Source: Candidatus Calditenuaceae archaeon JGI OTU-1
GTDB lineage: Archaea > Thermoproteota > Nitrososphaeria_A > Caldarchaeales > Calditenuaceae
DNA: 35,940 nucleotides
Direction of reading: 5' to 3'
Assembly (NCBI GenBank): GCA_000494145.1
Contig: AWOE01000004.1
Span: 26,539 to 62,478 of the forward strand
Positions 17,565 through 25,738 of this stretch are shown here, piece by piece. The notes under the pieces were generated by a model, which saw only the letters and a list, made by a program, of their open reading frames with translations, did no database searches and was not told the origin of the DNA. How positions within the stretch are numbered: the stretch's first letter is position 1; each line of letters opens with the position of its first letter. Position numbers and translations under genes: made by a program.

Positions 17565-19259
17565 TCATCCGTACCTGAATATGACGCCGTGTCCGTCCCG
17601 CTCGTGGCCGAAGTCGACCGTCCCCGGAGGGCCGATCACGCCGCAGGTTCCGCAGGCGACGCACGCGACGTAGTCGAAGTTCAGCCTCGCCCGCCTGATG
17701 TCAGAGAACGTCTCCTCGACCGCCTTCCTCCTCGCCTCCTCCTCCGGCAGGCCCTCCCTCCTCAGCCTCTCGAGGTTGTACCGGTAGAGGTCCCTGAAGG
17801 ACGCGAAGACGCCCTTCTCGAGCAGCAGGGTGTAGCAGTTGACAGGACAGGCCGGCACCCAGAGCTTCAGAGACGTTCCGGAGGCCTTCTCAGCGTCGAC
17901 CTTGATGTGGCTGTAATGGTGATCCTCGTCGTACTGGAGCAACGCGGTCATCGACTGGACCTTCTTCAGGGCATCCGCAGGGTTAGGCTCCGGTGCCCTC
18001 GCAGGCCCCTTCCCGACGCCCGCCCCTATCATGATCAGCTTCGGGCCCAGCTTGTAGCCGATGCTCCCCTCGCTGATCGCTGCGCTCCTGCCTGAACGGG
18101 CTACGTCCCTGTAGATCGGCCTCAGCAGCTCCCTGTAGACCGAGAACGTCGACTCGTCGAACCTGTTGGACTTAATGGCCCTTATCGCCGTCTCCGCGGC
18201 CATGATGCCCGTTGCGATCGCCCTCCTCATGCCGTCGATGAGGGCACCTATCTTCACGAAGGCGCCCAGCGCGTCACCGGTGACGAGGAAGCCGGGCCTG
18301 TAGGGACGCTCGAGGATCGACCTGTAACCCTTCGGTATGTTGTGCGCCGAATACTCGACCAGTTCTGCACCCTCGAGTAACCCGGCAACTGCAGGGTGGC
18401 GCTCGAACTCCTCCAGCAGGTCGACGGGTTTGCCCACGTTCTCCGGGTCCTCGGAGGCCCTCTTCAGGAAGGAGCTGAGGGATACGACGATACCGACGCT
18501 CAGGGTGTCTTTGTTGGTGTAGATGAACGCACCGCCCTCGACGCCCCTCATGAAGGGCCCCACGTAGTAGATCGCCTTCCCCTCGCCCTTACCGACGTTG
18601 AACCTCTGCTCGATCTCCTCCTCCTTCAGCTTGAAGACGTGCTTGACTCCGTGGTAGACCTGCTCGGGCTCGAGCTTGGGCCGAAGGCCGGCCTGGACGA
18701 CGAGGGTCGAGGTGACGCCCGACGCATCGATGACGACCTTCGACCTGATCTCCTCCCTGTTGGTCCTGACGCCCTCGACCCGGTCCCCCTCGAAGAGGAG
18801 GCCCTCGACCGAGGTGCAGGTGTTCAGCACCCCTCCCTCCTCCGCGACGCGCTCGGCCATCCACCTGTCGAGCTTCGCCCTCAGGACCGAGTAGGCCCTT
18901 CCCCTCGTCTCGCTGAAGCCCGTCAGCCCGAGCCTCGTCAGCAGGGAGCTCTCGCCGATCCTCCTCACCCTGTACTCGGCCTCGCCGTTCTTCCTAACCG
19001 GCTCCGAGACGAAGTAGGCCTCGTGTTCTACGATCCTCCTCTCGAGGGGTGCCTCCTTCTCGAAGTTGGGGAAGACGTCATCGACCGTGTACCCTGGGAT
19101 GTAGTCGAGGTAGAGGACTCCTCCGGAGACGTTCTTGCTTCCGGGGACGAGGCCCTTCTCTATCAGCGCCACCTGAAGGCCTTCTCTGACGAGCCTCATC
19201 GCAGCGGCCGATCCCGCGGGCCCAGCGCCCACCACAACCGCGTCGAAGTCGTATCCCAT
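17565..19259 (-). CDS. fixC: FixC-like FAD-dependent ETF oxidoreductase fused to a FixX ferredoxin-like domain
   Basis: N-terminal DAVVVGAGPAGSAAA FAD fold. The C-terminal FixX pattern is HIKVD...CPVNCY...CVACGTCGV...GVIFRYG. The gene starts 1 nt after the etfA stop. Confidence 0.9.
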   Translation of the reverse strand: MGYDFDAVVVGAGPAGSAAAMRLVREGLQVALIEKGLVPGSKNVSGGVLYLDYIPGYTVDDVFPNFEKEAPLERRIVEHEAYFVSEPVRKNGEAEYRVRRIGESSLLTRLGLTGFSETRGRAYSVLRAKLDRWMAERVAEEGGVLNTCTSVEGLLFEGDRVEGVRTNREEIRSKVVIDASGVTSTLVVQAGLRPKLEPEQVYHGVKHVFKLKEEEIEQRFNVGKGEGKAIYYVGPFMRGVEGGAFIYTNKDTLSVGIVVSLSSFLKRASEDPENVGKPVDLLEEFERHPAVAGLLEGAELVEYSAHNIPKGYRSILERPYRPGFLVTGDALGAFVKIGALIDGMRRAIATGIMAAETAIRAIKSNRFDESTFSVYRELLRPIYRDVARSGRSAAISEGSIGYKLGPKLIMIGAGVGKGPARAPEPNPADALKKVQSMTALLQYDEDHHYSHIKVDAEKASGTSLKLWVPACPVNCYTLLLEKGVFASFRDLYRYNLERLRREGLPEEEARRKAVEETFSDIRRARLNFDYVACVACGTCGVIGPPGTVDFGHERDGHGVIFRYG

Positions 19260-19260
19260 C

Positions 19261-20379
19261 TCACATCGACCTCAGGAGCTCGATCGCCTTGGGCAGGAAC
19301 TCGTAAAGGTCGCCCACGTAGCCGTAGTGGGCTATCTGGAAGATGGGAGCGTTGGGGTCGACGTTGACAGCGACGATCCTCTTGGACCTCTGCATACCTA
19401 CCCTGTGCTGGAGGGCGCCGCTGATCCCCAAGGCTATGTAGACCTCGGGCGCTATGGTCTTGCCGGTCTGGCCGACCTGACGTTCCTTTGTGATGAGCCC
19501 CTCGAGCTCCTTCAGCCCTGCGTAGATCAGGGCCCTGCTCGCACCGATCTCCGTCTCGACACCGAACTTCTCCCTGATCAGATCGGCCAGCTCCTTGGCC
19601 AACCTGAATGCCTCTCTGGGGTCCCTCGGCCTGCCGGAGGCGTCCCTGAGGATGCCGAGCCCGAGGCTGATGACGACCTTCGCCTCCTCGAGCTTCACCT
19701 CGCTCTTCGGGACCTTCCTCGTCTCGATGACCTCGACCTGGAAGTCGTCCTCCTCGAACCTGGGCTCCCACCTCACGATCTCGCCCTTCCTGGTCTCGTC
19801 CCTCGGGAGGGGCGTGAAGTTCCCGGGCCTGACGCTGCTGATCTGGGGCCTGTGCTTGGGCGTGAAGATCTTCGCGATCCTCGTCGCGAAGTCGGGCCTC
19901 ACCTGGGCTATGCAGTCCTTGTAGACGTACCTGCCGGTGGGGAGGTTCATCACGAAGTCCTCGACGATGAGGTCTATCACGTCGGCCGCCAGACCGGTGT
20001 TCGTCCTGTAGGCGACCCTCGGCCCTAGGTCCTTGCCGATCTCGCTGGTGACGAAGAGCAGGGCCCAGGGCTTCAGCCGCATCACCATGTCGGAGAGCAC
20101 GGTCGTGTACGGGAGGACCTGGTAGTCCTTCAGCCTCGGGTCGTCGCAGTAGATCACCTTGTCGGCTCCGTAGTAGATCGGCTCCTTCACCAGGTCGCCG
20201 AGGTTGTAGCCGATGAGGACACCCACCACGTCCATCCCCACCTTGTCGGCCACCTTCCTCGCGCCGGCTATGACCTCGGTGGTCGGTCTCGTCAGCTTGC
20301 CGTCCTCGTGCTCGCAGTAGACCCAGACGTCCCTGTAACCCTCGATCCTGACCTCAATGCTTTGCTGCGACGACGACAC
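19261..20379 (-). CDS. etfA: Electron transfer flavoprotein alpha subunit (EtfA/FixB)
   Basis: C-terminal FAD-binding pattern QVGQTGKTIAPEVYIALGISGALQHRVGM...IVAVNVDPNAPIF...YGYVGDL. The GTG start overlaps etfB by 26 nt. Confidence 0.9.
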   Translation of the reverse strand: MSSSQQSIEVRIEGYRDVWVYCEHEDGKLTRPTTEVIAGARKVADKVGMDVVGVLIGYNLGDLVKEPIYYGADKVIYCDDPRLKDYQVLPYTTVLSDMVMRLKPWALLFVTSEIGKDLGPRVAYRTNTGLAADVIDLIVEDFVMNLPTGRYVYKDCIAQVRPDFATRIAKIFTPKHRPQISSVRPGNFTPLPRDETRKGEIVRWEPRFEEDDFQVEVIETRKVPKSEVKLEEAKVVISLGLGILRDASGRPRDPREAFRLAKELADLIREKFGVETEIGASRALIYAGLKELEGLITKERQVGQTGKTIAPEVYIALGISGALQHRVGMQRSKRIVAVNVDPNAPIFQIAHYGYVGDLYEFLPKAIELLRSM

Positions 20380-21556
20380 CTCCCAACACCTCCTCCAGGA
20401 GGTCCCTCAGGTCGAAGGTCTTGAGGAGGCCCTTGGCCTCCAGCTCCCTCACGAGCTCCTCCGGCAGATCGTCCGCCTTGGCAAACCTCTCGAACGGACC
20501 GTACCTCTGGCCGTTGAACTCGAAGGCCTCCACGCGCTGGGTGAAGACCTTGGTCCTCCCCACGAACTTCTGGACAGGCGGCCCTCCGATGTCTATCCCC
20601 GGTCCCACTATCGTCGGCGATCCTGCCAGGCCTATCTTGCTCGGGTCCGCACCCAAGTCGTCGGCGTTCCACACCCTGACCTCCCTGACCTTTCCCCTGT
20701 AGGAGAAGAGCGCGGCCCTCTTCCTCCTCACCACCGGTACCACGCCGGGCCTGTGCTCCGGCATGATCGTGATCGCGCAGGGTAGGGGGGCGCGGAGCTT
20801 CTGGACGTAGGAGCCCAGCTTCCTCTCGGCTATCAGGTTGCCGGACTCGACGTCGACCTCGAAGTCGGTGACGTGGGTTATGTCCGGTATTTTCTTCCCC
20901 AAGACGCCCGAGAGGGCCTCCGCAGTCTGGGGACCGGTGCTGCCCGTCTCGCCGTCCGAGGTCTTGAGGCCTGCCACGATCAGGAACCTGTCCAGCTCCT
21001 TCCTCACCCTCTCGAGCGCCTCCCTCACCTCCTCAGCGCCTGCCTTTCCCCTCGCGTACCGCTGGACGACGCCCTGAGGGAGACCCGGCTTCTCGGTGTA
21101 GATCAGGTTCGGCAGGAGGTTGCTGTGGTAGAGCTCCCTCGCCCTCTCCAAAACCTTCTCCGGTGGAGCGCCGGATTCCACCAGCTCCAGCACCTCATCG
21201 ACCGCGGCCTTGTTGACGTCGAGGACCTTCTTGATGCCCAACGAGAGCGTGTAGGCGGTCGCCCATGTGTCGGCGCCGGCCATCCTCCTGTCGCTGAGGA
21301 CGACCGCCTCGTCAACCCCCTCTATCGGGTGCGAGTAGAGCTCCGAGAGCAGGGGCTTCACCTTGAAGTCGGGACCCATGCTGATCGCCACGAGCTTGCC
21401 GCCGTTGTACCTCTTCGCGTAGTCGGCCGCCTGGAGCGCCTTGAAGTCGAGCGGATTGATCACGAGGTCCATCTCCTCCCTCCTGAGGACTCCGCCGACC
21501 GTGACGACCCTCGTGGTCCTCGCGGGTACGGCCTTCGTCAGCAGGAAGACGAGCAT
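20354..21556 (-). CDS. etfB: Electron transfer flavoprotein beta subunit (EtfB/FixA), long archaeal form
   Basis: INPLDFKALQAA, VAISMGP, MAGADTWATAYTL, GLKTSDGETGSTGPQ, GLAGSPT. The track ORF (to 21676) is over-extended; ATG 21556 gives MLVFLLTKAVP. Confidence 0.85.
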   Translation of the reverse strand: MLVFLLTKAVPARTTRVVTVGGVLRREEMDLVINPLDFKALQAADYAKRYNGGKLVAISMGPDFKVKPLLSELYSHPIEGVDEAVVLSDRRMAGADTWATAYTLSLGIKKVLDVNKAAVDEVLELVESGAPPEKVLERARELYHSNLLPNLIYTEKPGLPQGVVQRYARGKAGAEEVREALERVRKELDRFLIVAGLKTSDGETGSTGPQTAEALSGVLGKKIPDITHVTDFEVDVESGNLIAERKLGSYVQKLRAPLPCAITIMPEHRPGVVPVVRRKRAALFSYRGKVREVRVWNADDLGADPSKIGLAGSPTIVGPGIDIGGPPVQKFVGRTKVFTQRVEAFEFNGQRYGPFERFAKADDLPEELVRELEAKGLLKTFDLRDLLEEVLGGVVVAAKH

Positions 21557-21595
21557 GTCCTGCCTCGCCTCGCTCGACAAGAAATTAGCGCGTCG

Positions 21596-21603
21596 TTTTA
21601 TAT
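21596..21603 (-). promoter_or_regulatory. Putative TATA box of the etfB-etfA-fixCX operon (ATATAAAA on minus strand)
   Basis: The only AT-rich octamer in the 123-nt spacer, about 45 nt upstream of ATG 21556. The predicted leader contains GAGG repeats. Confidence 0.4.
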
Positions 21604-21679
21604 CTGAACCGGTGACGGTGGAACGCGTAAAACGATCGTTGCACTGCCGGCCGAGACCGGAACCCCCACAGTCCAACCG

Positions 21680-22810
21680 TCAGGTCCAGCTGCTGGCCGG
21701 TTCCTCACCGCCGGAGACGAGGACGGCGAGCCGCCTGAGCGCCTGCAGCTTATCGGGATCTCCCAGCCTCGAGGACATCACGGCCTCCCTCAGGACCGCA
21801 GCGGCCTCCCTCATCGCTCTCCTGTTCACTGGATACGGTCTTCCGCTCTTGGTGCCGTGGGCGTAAGCGAACCTCGCCGGGTCCTTCCAGGAGGCCCTCG
21901 AGCCGTAGACGAGGACCGAGACGTAGGCCAGGCCCCTTACCGTGGCCGGCCCGACACCTCTGGTCAGGAGCAGCTCGTCGAACGACTCGGCGCCCTTCGC
22001 CCTCCTGAGGACTTCCACGTCCAGATCCGCAGGAGGCTTGAGGTGCTCCGGTATCTCGGCCGGACCGGATATGGGTATGGGAGCCTCGTCGAGCGTCCTC
22101 TGGCCCTTGAGGATAGCCTTCGCCCGCATGAGGTCCTGCCTGATCGTGCTCGGCGGAGAGTCCTTCAACACCTCGAGTATCGTTCCCCTCGCCTCCTTCG
22201 ACCCGGGGCTCGTCATGTCGAGCACGACCTCCTCGGTCCTCTCGGAGTAGATGGTCGAGTAGTGTCCTTCGGAGGAGACGCCGACGGAGGAGGACCAGTG
22301 GTACCGCCTCGCCGTCCTGTCGGTGACGTTCATTCCCTGGTTGACGACCGACCACTCGCCGCTCTCCGACACGATCAGCGCGTGGAAGTAGATGTGGTAG
22401 GAATCTTGGAGGGCCGACTCGTCGATGCTGCAGCTCAGCCTCGAGACGGTCACGAGCTCGTCGGGTCTCTTGATCTCGAGGTGCCTCAGCTCCCTCTCCA
22501 CCTCGTAAGGCACCCACCTCATCTCCTCGCCCTTGCCGCCGAGGACCCTCACCGGTATCTCGGTCCCCTTCAGCCCCTCCTTCAGCGCTTTGAGCGTGAC
22601 GGTGGTCTGGCCGCTGGTGTCCCACTCGAAGCCGAGGACGCAGGAGAGCGCCGTGAGCCAGTGAGGGTCCGAGAAGAGCCTGACCGTCTCCTCGGGTCCC
22701 CTGACCTCGACGAGGGCCCTGACGATCTCCCTCCCCAGCTCGACCATCTCCCGGAAGTGCGGGACGGGCCCCTCCACCAGCCAGAGCCTCGCGGTCCCTA
22801 CCCTCCTCAC
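21680..22810 (-). CDS. DUF763-family protein with a C-terminal helix-hairpin-helix-like motif
   Basis: N-terminal blocks GTARLWL...PHF, DPHWLTALSCVLGFEWDTSGQTT and VLGGKG match my memory of the DUF763/COG1415 pattern (lGfDWHSSG.TT). LLLTRGVGPATVRGLAYV looks like an HhH motif. Confidence 0.8.
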   Translation of the reverse strand: MRRVGTARLWLVEGPVPHFREMVELGREIVRALVEVRGPEETVRLFSDPHWLTALSCVLGFEWDTSGQTTVTLKALKEGLKGTEIPVRVLGGKGEEMRWVPYEVERELRHLEIKRPDELVTVSRLSCSIDESALQDSYHIYFHALIVSESGEWSVVNQGMNVTDRTARRYHWSSSVGVSSEGHYSTIYSERTEEVVLDMTSPGSKEARGTILEVLKDSPPSTIRQDLMRAKAILKGQRTLDEAPIPISGPAEIPEHLKPPADLDVEVLRRAKGAESFDELLLTRGVGPATVRGLAYVSVLVYGSRASWKDPARFAYAHGTKSGRPYPVNRRAMREAAAVLREAVMSSRLGDPDKLQALRRLAVLVSGGEEPASSWT

Positions 22811-22876
22811 TCCGGTAATACTCCGTTTCGAGCAGGATCAAAACTTTTGGAGGGGCGATCCTGACCCGGATAGGCG

Positions 22877-22884
22877 CTTATATG
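22877..22884 (+). promoter_or_regulatory. Putative TATA box of the herA-nurA operon (CTTATATG)
   Basis: The AT-rich octamer contains the track's first ATG (22882). It is centred about 28 nt upstream of the in-frame ATG 22909, the geometry of a leaderless archaeal mRNA. Confidence 0.4.
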
Positions 22885-22908
22885 ACCCGCGATCGCACAG
22901 GGATTAGG

Positions 22909-24417
22909 ATGGAGGGCAACGAGCCGATCGACTGGAGCAGCTGGACGAGGTCGCTGGAGCAGATCGGCGTGGTGGCCAGCCAGTCGAGCGAGAACAGCGC
23001 CCTCATGGTCCTGCAGGAGGGGAAGGAGGGGACCGTGACGAACGAGACCCTCGTGCTGATAGACAACCGCTCCGGCAACAAGATCCTCGCGGTCTGCAGG
23101 GGAGGCTTCGGGTACAACGACGCCCTCAGGACCTCTGCCTACACGCCCGGGATAGCTTACGCCAAGAGGGGCCACGGCCCGAGCAGCTCGAAGGAGTTTT
23201 TCGGTTTCAGGCTCGTGGTGATAGGTGATGTGACCGAGGGCGTTGTGAAGCAGAACACCATGATCATCGCTCCCGGCTCCCCGGTCTACAGGTTCAACGA
23301 GAAGTTCAACCCCATGCGGTTCCTCTACAAATCCGACTTCACCATAGGATATTATGCGAACGGACACAAGAGCTGGACGATCCCTCTGATGGCCGAGTAC
23401 CTCTCACACCATATAGGCGTCTTCGGCGTCACCGGCTCCGGCAAGTCGTTCCTCTGCAGGTACCAGCTGATACCGCTGCTGAGGGGATACGGGTACGACG
23501 TCTTGATCCTTGACTGGAAGGGCAGCGACTACGCTCCATTTTACCCCGAGAACGTCATCAGCATGGGAGATGTGGAGCTCGACGACAGCTCCGTCGTCTC
23601 GTACCTCGCCGAGACCCTGAACTACTTCGGAGGCGGTGACCCCGGTCACCGGATCGTGGGCTACCTCGAGGAGGTGGTGTCGACGACCGACTGGAAAGGG
23701 AGGAGCGTCCACGAGACGAAAGAGAAGCTCCTCCAGAACCTCCTCGACGTGATCAGGGACGACAACCTGGAACAGAGCGGGAAGCTCAGCAGATGGGGGT
23801 ACATCTATCGGCGCAAGGCGGAGAGGGCCTTTGAACATCTTTCACCCGAGGATCTGAAGCCGCTGATGGGGGAGATGAAGCCGAGCGAGGTGATAGGTCT
23901 CCTCAGGGAGAAGGGCGTGCTGGTCATCGACCTTTCATACGGCCTGAAGGAGCAGAAGCTCTCGGTCTTCCTCTCGCTGACGAGGTACCTGAAGAGGCTG
24001 ATGGAGGAGAAGAACGAGCTGAAGATAGCCCTGCTCATCGATGAGGCGCCGCAGTACTGTCCTTGGCAGCCCAGGGGACTGGAGGAGAAGACGACGAAAT
24101 CGCTGATCGAGCTCGCGGCCCTCGGACGGTCCTACAAGCTCTCTCTTACCCTCGTCTCGCAGGGAATTGCCGGAGAGATCGGGATAAACGCTGCGGTCCG
24201 GAGGAACCTCAACACGCTCTTCATCGGAAGGATCCATCCGCTCGATGCCATGGAAGCTGAGAAGTACTTCGCGAGCTCCTTCGTCACCAGCGACAGTCTC
24301 CTCCGCCTCCCTGAAGGCCACTTCTACATCGTGGGGAAGGCGAACCCCTCACCCATACCGCTCCTTATGACCTTCGAGATCCCGGAGAGCGAGCGGGTGC
24401 ACGGGCGTGGAGGCTGA
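22909..24417 (+). CDS. herA: HerA-like (DUF87/FtsK-HerA superfamily) hexameric ATPase/helicase
   Basis: N-terminal beta-barrel-like region (VLIDNRSGNKILAVCRGG...), HHIGVFGVTGSGKS Walker A (23425..23448), LLIDEAPQY Walker B (24031..24048), and the later LGRSYKLSLTLVSQ...NTLFIGR pattern. The track start 22882 is possible but lies inside the TATA-like element. Confidence 0.8.
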   Translation: MEGNEPIDWSSWTRSLEQIGVVASQSSENSALMVLQEGKEGTVTNETLVLIDNRSGNKILAVCRGGFGYNDALRTSAYTPGIAYAKRGHGPSSSKEFFGFRLVVIGDVTEGVVKQNTMIIAPGSPVYRFNEKFNPMRFLYKSDFTIGYYANGHKSWTIPLMAEYLSHHIGVFGVTGSGKSFLCRYQLIPLLRGYGYDVLILDWKGSDYAPFYPENVISMGDVELDDSSVVSYLAETLNYFGGGDPGHRIVGYLEEVVSTTDWKGRSVHETKEKLLQNLLDVIRDDNLEQSGKLSRWGYIYRRKAERAFEHLSPEDLKPLMGEMKPSEVIGLLREKGVLVIDLSYGLKEQKLSVFLSLTRYLKRLMEEKNELKIALLIDEAPQYCPWQPRGLEEKTTKSLIELAALGRSYKLSLTLVSQGIAGEIGINAAVRRNLNTLFIGRIHPLDAMEAEKYFASSFVTSDSLLRLPEGHFYIVGKANPSPIPLLMTFEIPESERVHGRGG

Positions 24418-25684
24418 GGAGGGTCTTCCGGATATACTGAGGATCCCGAGGCCGCTTCAGGAGTCGTTCTTCGAGCTGGCGCAGCGGGAGGCGGACAAAG
24501 TCCTGAAGGAGATCTCTTCGATAGGCGAGCCCCTCAGGAGGGTCTACGAGACGGTTGCGCCGCACCTTGGGAGGCATAGCAGGAGGGTCGCGTGGAACGA
24601 CAGGGTCTTCGCGGTGGTGGACGGCTCCGACACGCCCTCGATCGACGAGAGGATAGGCATCAAGTTCGGTCTCGTGGCCGCTTGCAGGAAGCACTTCAGG
24701 GGCATCGAGCAGCTCCCCGGCGCCGAGTGGTTCGTGGGCGACGCCTTGAGGGGGAGCCATCACGAGTCGCGGGAGGACTTCTCGAAGGTGCTGGACCTGG
24801 TGACGACGTACCTCGAGCGACTCTACGCGGTCAGGGCCCTCGAGGACGGCTCGGTCGACCACGTCGTCATCGATGGGTCCTTCTGGGGCTTCAGGGCCGG
24901 ATGCAGCAGGGTCAAGAAGCTCGAGCTCGGCTGGACAGACCCTATAACCCACAGGACCTTCGAGAACGTCCAGCAGCTGATCGATGAACTGGTGAGGTTC
25001 ACGAGGACGCTCCTGCAGTCGGGCAAAGCCTTCGGGGTGGTGAAGCGCGTGGCCACCTCATCGATAGACGGCTACGTCGCTTACAGGGCAAACGACCCCA
25101 ACGCCTCATCAGGGTTGACGGACAGGTCGCTGCTGACGCTGATGATGGAGGTGGGGGAGGTGCTCGACCTGAACGCCCTGACCGGCGATGAGGCGCCCTA
25201 CGAGGTCTTCTCCGCGCTATCGGGCATGATCCACGAGTGGAGGAAGAAGGGAATGAGGTTGGAGATGGGCAAGCTCCTCGCCAAGTCGTGGGAGAGGGTC
25301 GGCACCCAGATCGTCACCGACCTTCTGCCGAGGGGGCCCGACGAGCCGGAGGAGAGGAAGTCCCGGATCATAGAAACTGTGCTGTCGACGAGGAGGGTCT
25401 TCGTCAGGACGGCCCCCGATCAGCCGCCGGTGTGCCTCGAGTTCCCGAAGGGCGTTGATGCGGAGACGCTGGATCTGGCCCTGAGCTACGCCCTCGATAC
25501 GGCAAACCCAGCAACGGGCCTGCCGATCGCGCTCGATCTGGTGGACGATCTGATCTCGTTGCCGAGGGGTATTGGTAGGGAGTTCGTCGAGGAGGTGGAG
25601 GGGATTTTGCTGACCCGCGGGATCGACGTCAGGAGGATGAGGGCCTATTTCAGCAAGATCAATCCGCAGAAGGAGATCGAGTGA
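24407..25684 (+). CDS. nurA: NurA-like nuclease
   Basis: Ordered NurA motifs: FAVVDGSD (DGS at 24620..24628), YAVRALE, VVIDGSFWG, FGVVKRVATSS, TDRSLLTLMMEVGE and GLPIALDLVDDLISLP. GTG 24407 overlaps the herA end by 11 nt. Confidence 0.75.
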   Translation: MEAEEGLPDILRIPRPLQESFFELAQREADKVLKEISSIGEPLRRVYETVAPHLGRHSRRVAWNDRVFAVVDGSDTPSIDERIGIKFGLVAACRKHFRGIEQLPGAEWFVGDALRGSHHESREDFSKVLDLVTTYLERLYAVRALEDGSVDHVVIDGSFWGFRAGCSRVKKLELGWTDPITHRTFENVQQLIDELVRFTRTLLQSGKAFGVVKRVATSSIDGYVAYRANDPNASSGLTDRSLLTLMMEVGEVLDLNALTGDEAPYEVFSALSGMIHEWRKKGMRLEMGKLLAKSWERVGTQIVTDLLPRGPDEPEERKSRIIETVLSTRRVFVRTAPDQPPVCLEFPKGVDAETLDLALSYALDTANPATGLPIALDLVDDLISLPRGIGREFVEEVEGILLTRGIDVRRMRAYFSKINPQKEIE

Positions 25685-25738
25685 TCCAGCTCGCTCCCGC
25701 ATCGTTTATGACCTGCTGGTTCGGTTTTCTCCCCGACC

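Noticed and set aside
21750-22841. 363-aa same-strand alternative-frame ORF over the DUF763 gene. The same class includes 30319..31170 over gltB and 14072..14881 over the MetE N-like gene.
   Set aside because: These are low-complexity R/G/E-rich translations. The competing frames carry conserved family blocks (LGFEWDTSGQTT, QGAKPG and similar).
22882-22908. The track's first ATG (22882) as the herA start.
   Set aside because: Not excluded, but that ATG lies inside the only TATA-like octamer of the spacer (CTTATATG). The in-frame ATG 22909 sits at the distance expected for a leaderless transcript, so I annotated 22909.
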